Shown: positions 25,330 through 35,049 of the stretch, one piece after another
Numbering within the stretch: position 1 is the stretch's first letter
Layout: each line of letters begins with the position of its first letter
NCBI RefSeq assembly: GCF_009834535.1
Contig: NC_045705.1
Location: 67,890,001-67,954,000 of the forward strand
Reading direction: 5' to 3'
From: Camelus ferus
Taxonomy: Eukaryota
Length of the DNA: 64,000 nucleotides
The notes under the pieces: generated by a model
Seen by the model: only the letters and a program-made list of their open reading frames with translations
The model's database searches: none
What the model was told of the DNA's origin: nothing
Position numbers and translations under genes: made by a program

Positions 25330-28300
25330 GACAAGACGTGCTGCTCTGCTTGAAAAGGACTTCAAAGGACTTGACGTCCATCTTCAACGAATGGGCTTGG
25401 CTGACAACCCCTAGCTCCTTCAAGGTCTGCCCCAGTTTTCTAGTCTAAGTCATGCTCCACTGGCCCTCAGCCCATCACTGAGCAAAATGGTGATCCAGAG
25501 GGCCTAGCCAGTTCTGCCAAACGTGGGACTTCTCCAGACAGCGATCTTCACTCCAGGACTCCAGCTCCTCACTGGGCTGAAAGACACTCACCACGTCTGC
25601 ATCACAGGCTGACAGCACCCATCCCATCTAACGTCTTCCCTTCTCCTTCCGCAGGTGGTCCAACTGCTGAAATGGTCGCCAGCGGTGTCTTGATGAGATG
25701 GTGCGGGGAAGTGTGCTGGCCGGGGAGGTGATTCAGGCACTTGAAATACACAGCGGAGTGGGAGAGATGACGATCAGGACCGTGGAAACATGGTTGTCAC
25801 TAAGCTGCACTGAGACCCTTCAGAACCATTGAAAACTAAGTGTGAGAGTCAGAGGGTCTTTGTAGCAGCTTACAGACTCCCTCACCTCACAGAGAAAGCG
25901 GCTGCACTTCAGGGATGGTTGAATGCTGGTGCCGTCAGGTTTTTCGTGTCAGTGCCAGCACCCTGGTCGGGAAAATCTGGAATCCTGACTCTTGGATGCG
26001 GACACCTTGGCAGGTGCCTATGGAGAATCTGACCCCCTCCGACCTCTCTGAGTCTAGACATGGCCCACCCCACCCCCACTGTGCAGAGACAGAAGAGGAG
26101 TCTTTCCCACCAGGCGTCAGGTGGCCCCCTCAGCTACATCCCCATTCCCTCTCCTGGCTGCCAGGCCTCAGACCTGGGTTCAGTTACAGCATAAGCTGTT
26201 CAAGGACCTGGGCTTGATAACGGGAGGGTGACAGGGCTGGGAAGCACCCAGGGATTGGATTCTGAGGGTCCAGCCAAGGGGCTCAGAACTTAAGACTAGA
26301 TAAGGGAGCATTTGTTGATTTGAGGGCACTCTTTTGGGATCTGGAATTCAACACCCTGTCAAGGCGCAAACCTGCTTAGAAGTCTGTGAGAAGCAATGGC
26401 CGGTGCTGAGAAATGGCCTGAGTGGAAGGAAGGGCCTGAACTGCGGTGCATACGGTAGAGCAAGGCCCATTGGCCGGAGCGCGCTGGAGTCCTCGTGATG
26501 TGCGAGGCCACGAGGCCCACCAGAGTGTCCCGTTCCAGGACGGCCCAGAGGACTTACCATTCACCACGGCCATCAAGGCTGTACTGCTCCCAAGGGCCTC
26601 CTCTGCAGGCTGGGGCTGACAGCAGGTGTGGCTGTCACAGAATTGGCTGTGACAGCAGTGGGACGTGAGCCCCGAAGCAGTGGAGACCAGGTGTGAGCAC
26701 TTACCCCCCAGAAGCCGGGGGTTGCAGGTACCGCCACAGCTGGAAGGGTCAAGGGGTGGCCTTGAAAGACAATGACCAGGGAAATCCTCCCACTGGGCAG
26801 AGCTTCACGTGGAGCCCCTGGACGAGTACTTTGTGTGGAAGAAGCGGCCCGAGTTTAGAATATATAGACTCACATTTGGTGCCAGATGGCTTGGCTGGCT
26901 GGTCCAGGACCTAGTAGGAGGAAAACTGATCAGGGACGAGAGTGTTTGGAGCAGAGACATGCGCCAGGCGTGTGGGAGTGGACACAGTGTGAAGAGCGCT
27001 GCGTATCAGGGTGCCAGCAGCTCTGACGGAAGAGGCTCTAACAAGCAAGCACACAAAAGCCCTCGACCAGTGATGTTACCCAGCACCAGCGACCACACCA
27101 GCCCCAAAATGATGGCCACAGGAGTAAAGTGGCCACAGCCGCAGAGACGGAGGACGCAGCTGGGCCCAGCATTGTAGACTCCTGTTTTCCAAGGCCAACC
27201 TAGCTGCTTCTCCATCTGAATGTCCAACCTGCCAATAGGAGACCATCCCTGAGCCACCAACCTGGCACTATTCCTCAAGGAGACAAGCCAGCCACTTGGT
27301 GGCAAGTTGGCAGTATTTGGCCCCTTTTATTCTGGAAGGGGCAGTGGCTTGCATAAAAATAGACAGCTCTTCTAGGTGTGGGTTTGACTTTCCTGGCTCC
27401 GGAGTCTCAGCCAGCACCACTCTCCAAGGGCCTGGGGAATCTCTGACCCATGGGCATAGACTTCCTCACGATAGAGCTTCTGACCAGGGAGCGCACTTCA
27501 TAGTGAAGATATGGGAATGGGCCCATGGGCACGAGACTCACTAGTGTCTTCCATCCAGAAGCTGTCAGATGGGCGGAGCATTGGAATGACCTGAATGGAC
27601 ATCAGAAGGACGCGCTTGGAGGCAGTGTCCCGTCCTCACGTCATCCAGGACCCAGCATACACACTGACTCACAGACCTTGAAGACGGCGCTGTGTCCTCA
27701 ATAGGAGGAACATGTGGGACTGGGAGCCCAGAGCTGGAAGCAGGAGGGGCCCACCTAGCGTGCCTCCCAGGGACCCACAGGCGGCTTGGTGACTTCCATC
27801 CCCACAACTCTTGGCTGTACAGCTTTAGAGGTTCCCCTTCCCCAGAGGGGATGTTTGCTTGCCTGGGAACAGACTAAGCATTCTTCTGAATTACAAGTTA
27901 CATTTCTTTCTGGGCACTTTGGGCCCCTTTTGACCCGGGGTCAGCAGGATGTAAAAAGAGTCACCATCCTGAATGGGGTAAACTACTCTGAACAGCAGGA
28001 GGCAGCAGGGCTGCTGTGACCCAGGTGGCCAAGGGGAACGAGGGTAGGACTCCAGTGCCCCACGTGGGCACTTCCAGTACTTGCTCTTCCCGTTATGACG
28101 GGGGTGGGGGGGGTGTGTGAGCAGCAACCCTAACCCAAGAAGGGTGTGGTCACCGGGAGCTCAGGATCCTCAGGAACCAGGGTTGGGTCTGGTCACTGGA
28201 TAAGCCTGGGACCCACAGGTGATAGTTGGGTCTAAGGGAAATGCAGAATGGACAGTGGAGGAAGGAGATGGTGGTGACCACAGTGGCCCCAGGACTGCCA

Positions 28301-28825
28301 CAGTGGGGGCTGATGCATCCCCCTGAGGAGCTGCTCCCCAAGGAGTCCGGAAAAGTGGACCCACACAGCCAGGAGTGATGAGGGGTGGACGCAGAGCTGA
28401 TACAGATTCCTCTTCAGGCAGGAGTGATCTGCTGCACAGCTGAAAGAAACGTGGTTAGGTGACAGCCTCCAGCTGTGAGCCCCCTCAGGGGCCCCCTCAC
28501 CTGCATGGTGGAGCCAGTGAATGAGCAAGGTGGTGGGACCCAAGGTCACGTTTTCATCAGGGTGCTCCCTCACCCTCAAGGATGAGCAAGACCTTGGTCT
28601 GTGGGCCCAGCCATGTCAGTCCCATATGGAACTGTTCTATGGGCAATCGTTGTTTTCAAATGCCTAGCTGTGCTGGGGGAAACTTAGATCTGAATCATGG
28701 TTTGATACCCACCCCCACCCCACCCAATCCTACTTCCTCCCCTTTCCCTGCAGTGTGTTAATCCCCAATAAACCTTTTGTGCTCTGGCTCAGCACTCTGC
28801 TTTTCACTGACCTTAACTGGAGCAT
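25330..28825 (+). mobile_element. ERV-L (LTR16/HERV16-like) proviral fossil with two LTR remnants and gag, RNase H, integrase and dUTPase relics
   Basis: 5' LTR remnant ~25330-25660. gag-like WILRV...LDKGAFVDL at ~26270-26360. RNase H-like ORF 26809.. (WKKRPEFRIY...GWLV). Integrase ORF 27296..27544 (ASTTLQG...HDRASDQGAHF...WEWAHGH, cf. ASDQGTHF). dUTPase-like GHFGPLLTRGQQDVKRVTILNGV (27786..). PPT GAGGGGTGGAC at 28380; 3' LTR ending CCCAATCCTACTTCC...CCCCAATAAACC. Confidence 0.85.
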
Positions 28826-28829
28826 TGAA

Positions 28830-29200
28830 GAGGGCAAATGAAAAAAAAAAAAGAAGAAAAAGGAGGCAAGAACAAATAAAGAAAAAAGGATGGAGGATTT
28901 AAATCCAAATATGTTTAACTAAATGTAAATGGACTAAATTTTCCAATTAAGAAACAAATGTCATGAGATGGAAAAATGTACTAAGTCCAATCACTTGGTG
29001 TTTACTAGAGACACCTGGGAGTGTTTGATGCGATGGGGTTTTAGGTAGCTTTTTAAAAAGTGATTTGAACATTCAGTCAAGTTGACACAGAACATTTGCC
29101 ACACGATCTCGACGTTGCCACAACATAAACTCATTAGACACAGCTGAGAGCATTGAAAAGGAGAAAACTGAAAAGGCACCACGGGACTCAAAAGGAAGGA
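28830..29200 (+). mobile_element. L1 ORF2 endonuclease-region fragment
   Basis: AACTAAATGTAAATGGACTAAATTTTCCAATTAAGAAACA...TGGTGTTTACTAGAGACAC. Confidence 0.7.
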
Positions 29201-29730
29201 AGACATCTCCAGGACCAGAAACGAAGTAGATGGGAATTGGAGAGAAAGGCTGAATGTCCAGGTCTAGAAACAGGTGGTGGCCCCTGGGAATTCAGACGCC
29301 ATGTCGGGTAACAGGTATTAACAGAGGTCTGTGCAGAGGGAGGCTGAGGCCAGGGCTGGGGTGGGACCACTGGGTGTGAAAAATGCGGGAGGAAGGAGCC
29401 GACCTCTGCTTGGGGCTTTGACAGAGCAGCTGCGACCTGAAACAGAAAGACATGCTGGGGACCCGAAACTGGATCCACCTGCCCCACACTTGATGACTAC
29501 ATCCAGGACCTTCTAGGGTCCCTAGACAGAGCAGGCGCTAAGCACCATCATCGAGAGTTAGTTCGTAGCCAGGACAATCACAAAACCATTAAACAAAACA
29601 GTGAACCCAGAGGAGAAATAAAAAGAAATTCATGCCCTTCAGAAGACCTTACAACCCCAAATTCCAAAATACACACAGAATTCCAATGTTAACAAAAAAT
29701 TGCCCAGCTCAATATTCAGGACCCACTTTA

Positions 29731-29816
29731 TTTTTTCATTTTTCTTAGTGGAGGTACTGGGGATCGAAACCAGGACCTCATGCATGCTAAGCATTGAGCT
29801 ATATACCCTTTCCCCC
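29731..29816 (-). mobile_element. tRNA-Ala-derived camelid-type SINE
   Basis: GTGGAGGTACTGGGGATCGAAACCAGGACCTCATGCATGCTAAGCA(del)TTGAGCTATATACCC; 14-bp TSD CAGGACCCACTTTA (29717) / CAGGATCCACTTTA (29817). Confidence 0.9.
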
Positions 29817-30428
29817 CAGGATCCACTTTAGATGAAACTGATTTTGTAGAATAGTCTGATAAAGGCTAAAATAAGCATGCTTAGGAGGCTCAAGGAGAGA
29901 AATGAAGGTACATGGAAATACTCCTCCCCATTCAAAGAAACACAAAATTACAAATAAAACAACAAAAAAGAGGGAAACAAAAGCCAATTTGAAAATTTGG
30001 AAATGAAAAAATATAGTTGTTGAAATTTAAAAAAATCGTCAATAGAATAAACTCTAGGTATAGGTAGGGGACTGATGAATCAGAAGATAGTTCTGAGAGC
30101 TTCAGCCAGAACACTGCATGAAGAGAAAAAAAGTGCTGAGAGAGCTCGTGCGGGGCTTGGAGGAGGGCCTAGGAGGCTGAAATGTGGTCTGAGGAGAGTT
30201 TCAGAAGACTGTGGAGAAGCAGTATTGGAACAAATATTAGCTGGTAATTTTCCAGAATTAGAAAGACATGACTCAGATTGAAGTTGTGTTTCAAGTCCTA
30301 AGCAGGATAAAGGACAATCCCTTAATGCTTGCTCAGTTGACCTGAAGGGGTATCTGCAGGATATTTTTGAGACAAGATGGCATTTTCCAGAAAGTCTATA
30401 AAATGTGGTCTCATTACAGTACAAATGG

Positions 30429-30565
30429 GGAGGGGGAGGGTAGAGCTCAGTGGTAGAGCTCATGCTTAGCATACACAAGGTCCTGGGTTCAAGCCCCAGT
30501 ACCTCCTCTAGAAATAAATAAGTAAATAAATAAGTAAACCTGATTACCTCCCCCCTCCAAAAAAA
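30429..30565 (+). mobile_element. tRNA-Ala-derived camelid-type SINE inserted in an L1 fragment
   Basis: GGGAGGGTAGAGCTCAGTGGTAGAGCTCATGCTTAGCATACACAAGGTCCTGGGTTCAAGCCCCAGTACCTCC plus tail; perfect 11-bp TSD AGTACAAATGG (30418 and 30566). Confidence 0.92.
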
Positions 30566-30599
30566 AGTACAAATGGATGGTGGGAAACCAGTATGCAAT

Positions 30600-30815
30600 G
30601 ACCATATGGTTGTGGGAGCATGGGGGAGGGGTGCACACACCCGATGTGAGACACCATATTGATAGAATGAAGGAAAAAAACCATTCAGTGATCTCCATAG
30701 ATGCAGGAAAAAGCAACTGACAAAACTCAACATCCTTTCATGGTAAAAACACTCAACAAATCGGGTACAGAAGGAACGTACCGCAACATAGTGAAGACCA
30801 CAGATGACAAGACCC
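30600..30815 (+). mobile_element. L1 ORF2 RT-region fragment
   Basis: ATAGATGCAGGAAAAAGCAACTGACAAAACTCAACATCCTTTCATGGTAAAAACACTCAACAAA. Confidence 0.8.
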
Positions 30816-30819
30816 TGAT

Positions 30820-31630
30820 TTCATTTCCTTCCGATACTTGCCCGGCTTTGGCACTGCTGGATCATATGCTAGTTCTAGTTTCAATCTTTTGAGGAAACCA
30901 CATACAGTTTTCCAGAGTGACTCCACCAGTGACTGCACATTAACGGTGCCAAGGGGTCCCCTCTCCCCACATCCTCGCCAGCGCCTGTTGTCTCCTGTCT
31001 GTTTGACAGCAGCCTTTCTTCCAGGGGTGAGGTGACAGCTCACTGCAGTTTGATTTGCATCTCCCTGGTGGTTAGTGATGCTGAGCACCTTTTCATGTAC
31101 CTGCTGGCCACTTGTATGCCTTTGTAAAGATGTATGTTCAGGTCCTCTGCCCATTTTTTAGTTGAATTATTTGGGGGTTTTGCTGTGCATTGAGTTCCTT
31201 ATATATTTTATAGATTAACCCCTTATCAGATACAAATATTTTCTCCATTTGTAGGTTGCCGTTTCATTTTGTCCATGGTTCCTTTTACTGTCCAGAAGCT
31301 TTTTAGTGTGATGGAGTCGCACTTGTTTATTTTTGCTTTTGTTGCTTATACTTTTGGTGTCAAATCCAAAAAATTATTGCCAAGACCAACATCTTTTCTA
31401 TGTTTTCCTCCAGGAGTTTTAATTTTCAGGCCTTACATTTAAGTCTTCAATCCATTTCAGGTTAACTTTTGCAAGTGGTATAAGATAGGGGTCCAATGTC
31501 ATTCTTTTGGGCGTGAATATCCAAGATTCCCAACACTATTTATTGAAGAGAATTTCCCCGTTGAGTATTCTTGTCTCCCTTGTCAAATATGAGTTGACTA
31601 TATATGGATGGGTTTATTTCTAGATTTTCC
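30820..31630 (-). mobile_element. L1 ORF2 3' fragment, reverse orientation
   Basis: GCTGGATCATATG...TTTGATTTGCATCTCCCTGGTGGTTAGTGATGCTGAGCACCTTTTCATGTACC...TTAACCCCTTATCAGATAC. Confidence 0.85.
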
Positions 31631-31703
31631 TTTCTTGTCTTTAGTGTATAGTTGCTTTTTAAAAACCTCATCCGACATCTGCCTTTTGATTGGAATATTT
31701 AGC

Positions 31704-31850
31704 CCAGGGGTTGGCGGTTTCCTGTACTGACCAGTACTGTAGACTTTCCCAGACAGGCTTGGTCCTCAGTGCGCAGCACTGCCGTTGCGTTGCGGCGTGA
31801 AGTCCGCCGTAGGATGCAAACGAGGGGGCATGGCCGTGATCCTTCTGGGC
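31704..31850 (+). mobile_element. MER58A-like DNA transposon fossil
   Basis: CAGGGGTTGGCGGTTTCCTGTA...CTGCCGTTGCGTTGCGGCGTGAAGTCCGCCGTAGGATGCAAACGAGGGGGCATGGCCGTG aligns to the recalled MER58A. Confidence 0.6.
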
Positions 31851-34480
31851 CTTCCTTTTTCTGCCGTGATGTTTCTTGGGTGACTCCTGCTCTGCGTTCT
31901 GAGCATCCGGTTCACCCATGACTTCAGAGTGTGTCCATGTTCATAAAGCCGAATAGGATGTGCTGGTTTCTCCGGAGCTGGTGTTCTTTATTTTTAAAAC
32001 TAGCCAACACAAAATGTTTTGCCTCAGCCCTCTATTCTCTGCCTTTGGAAAGAGAACCCAGCTGCCGAATGCCAGGCAAAAAGGGGACCCTTCTGAGAGA
32101 AGGGCACAGCCCGGAGTCCAAAGCCTGAAAGCAGACAGAGCCTGAAGACAGATGCAAAACCCCCTCCACGTGGAAGGCTGTAGGCACCAGCGACGCTCTT
32201 GGACGCAGGACTGACCACGGCTAATGCTGGTGTTTTCAATTAGCCTCATTAGCAGAAGCAGCGGGCGCGCAGGGGCGCATTACTGTCATTACTGCGAGCA
32301 GCTGTTCGTTTGCGGAGAGGGTGCATTTCCACAAAGGTTACCCTGCCCGGAAATTAATCCTAACCTCCGCATTGTTGGAAATTCAGGAAAACGGGGGAAA
32401 AAAGGTAAGAGAGCAGATGAAAGACAAAGGTGAGGGAAGTGGCACGGCGATTTTCACTATGATTTTTCTACCATTTTATTTTCTCTGCCAAAGTGGATGA
32501 GGGCCATTGTATTTTTTTTTTTTCCAGAAATCTGTGAGTGGGAAGAAAAATTACTCTCATTAGAGTTCACCCAAGGCATGAAGGCTGTTAGGGAGGCAGT
32601 GCAGAACAGGGGCTGGGAGGGGCCCTCTGCCCAGCCCTCTGCCAGCCCCTGGCCCCCTGGCTCTTCCCAAGGGGCTGCTCCCTGTCTGCACCCTGAGCTG
32701 CTCCGAGGGCCTGTCACAGGCTCCCACCCGCCCATGCTGTTGATGGGTCCCTGCTGGGGTGGGGGGTACACTGTGGACCCAGACTCTGCCCTAGAAGCCA
32801 GGTCCTACCCCCATGCCCTCAGCTCCAGCCAGAGGGGCCCTGCCCCAGGTGACACGATGTGTCTCCGGAGATGGGACAGGACACCCTGGGCTCATCACAG
32901 CTCCCCTCACCCTCTGGTCTCAGCGTGGTTACTTGTGCCGCATCCCGTCCCCCACCAGGGCCTGTTATGGGTCATTTCAGGGCCTGGACCCAAGCCCTGC
33001 TCCCTTCCTCCTGAGGCAGGCCCCGCCATCGAATTCTGCATCTTCTCCTTTTGGGAGTGGCCTCGTCCACAGAGCAGGAGAGGCGCGCTGGCCCGCCCTT
33101 AACCTCCCGCCCAGGTCCAGTCTTGGTCCAGTTTGGCTCTTGCTGCACCCCAGGCCCTGACTTACGGAGCTGACACTCTGCGGGGGGCCCTGGTCCTGGA
33201 ACACATAACAGTCAAAATGCAAACATGGCATGCTTTGTCACGAGCCCAGAACCACAGACTTAAATATTTGCAGCACAGCGTAGATGCGATGAAGTGGGTT
33301 TCATGAGGGCCCCCCCAGATCGCTGCAGACGCCCTGAGAACACTGCCCAGACCCGGGATCCCCCCAAGAGGTTGGAGGTGGCCGTGGGTCACTGGCTCTC
33401 AGCTCTCGTTGCTCTGCAGGGTTCCTTGAACAATCGACCATGGTTTGCTTTTCTGTCACTGTGTGGAGGGACACATGCGGCAGATAGGTGTACTTCCATC
33501 CAGACAATACAGCGAGTGGCTACTGGGTGATGAGCAGGCCCCCCGAGGAGGGAGGAGGCTCCGCCAAACTGGAGAGCCCGGCCCCCCCCCTTGCCCAGCC
33601 TCCCTCCTGCAACCCGGGTGGGCTGTCCTGAGGCTGGGGCTTCCGGGCGCAGACGGGGACACATTCTCCTGCACAGACCGGGCCGTCCTCCTTGCCTGCA
33701 TTTATGCTGCAAGGTGACATTTAAAGGCCCCAATAGTCAACATGCTAGGTGGGAGCAGCGTGGTCTCCTGCCACCGCTCCTGGGGCATGCCGAGTCCCAG
33801 AACAGCTGCCTTTGTTCTCCATGGTGGAACGCGTTCCTGGGGGAGTTTGCTCTGAAAACAAAGCCTGTTGGTGCAGCATCGCCGTGGTGACCAAGAGGGA
33901 TTTCTGGTGGCCATGGGGTGATCCCACACCCTGGGGGACGCTCACACCAGACGGGCCTCAGCAGGACAGCGCCCTGCCAGCCTGGATGCCTGAGCCACCT
34001 GTGTGCCCACTACCTGGCCTCAGGTGCGCCTCCCCCAAGGCAGGGGCAGGGGAGACTGAGCCCTCTCTGGGGAGGTTACCAGGCCCAACCCTGAGGGCAG
34101 CTGGTCCCCGGCTCTATCCTGGGGAAGGGTGGTGGGAGGAGGCCCAACACCCGATGTCTCTGTTGAGGTGGGAGACACAGCCCCTCCCTCCTGTGTCTGT
34201 GTCTTCAGCCTGGGAGGCGGGGGAGCCCAGGCGTCCTCCTCCCCTCTCACCCTGTGGGTTGTCCCGTCCTGTCCCATCCCACCCCACGGGTGTGGAGGGC
34301 ACAGGCCGAGGCAGGGGCCTCCAGGACATGCTGTTCAATCCATGTCACAGCCTCTGCAAAGGAGCTCCCTGCAGCTCACCTCCTCGCAGGCCCGTCGCGA
34401 AGACTCCTGTGGTGGTCGAGCTGGGGGGAGGCTGCCTCTGGCCTCCGGGGTGGGGGGAGGCCAGGGAGGAGGCTCACCGT

Positions 34481-35049
34481 TGTCGATGAAAATGATCCGT
34501 AAACCATCAGTAAGAAGAACAGAAAAGAGTTTTATCTGAGCCAAACTGAGGACAAGCCTGGAAGCCCACTTCCCGGATAGCTCTGAGGAACTGCTCCAGA
34601 GAAGCAGGGTTTTCTGCAGTGATAAGCCTCGTCAGAACAAAGAACATAACACCCACAGCCGACTCCTCTGGTCCGCTGTCCGGCACCTGGGCTGTTCCCA
34701 GGTTTGACTGCTACACAGGAGGCCCTGGTGGACATTCTGGAAAGTGTCCTGGCAAGACCATCAAGGCCTGTGTCACCTGAAGTGCCTCCACCCCCACCAA
34801 AGACCCCTCCCCTTGGTCTCCGCCTCCTCCTCCCAGCCGTTACTCTTTCCCCCATCAGCAGGTAAGCACGTTCCAGTGTCCCCATCCTGATTTCTCAGAG
34901 GCTTTGCCAGTGGCTCAGTCCTGATGCCTTTGTCTACAAGGAATAAAAGGCTGGGCCAGCAATGACTTAAAGCAGAGACATGAATGACTCCTCTTCCCGA
35001 GCAGCAGGCCAGGCAGGGATCATCTTGGGGATAGCTCCGTGGCACCTCA
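34481..35049 (-). mobile_element. ERV1 (MER4/MER41-group-like) solo LTR
   Basis: TG...CA termini on the minus strand. AAAGAGTTTTATCTGAGCCAAACTGAGGAC...GATAGCTCTGAGGAACTGCTCC resembles the reverse end of MER41-group LTRs; ATAAAA/TTTTAT signals present. No clean TSD seen. Confidence 0.55.

Noticed and set aside
30600-31630. L1 inversion junction at ~30815 as a twin-priming product
   Set aside because: The two pieces meet 3'-to-3', whereas twin priming joins their 5' sides; independent insertions or later rearrangement are more likely.
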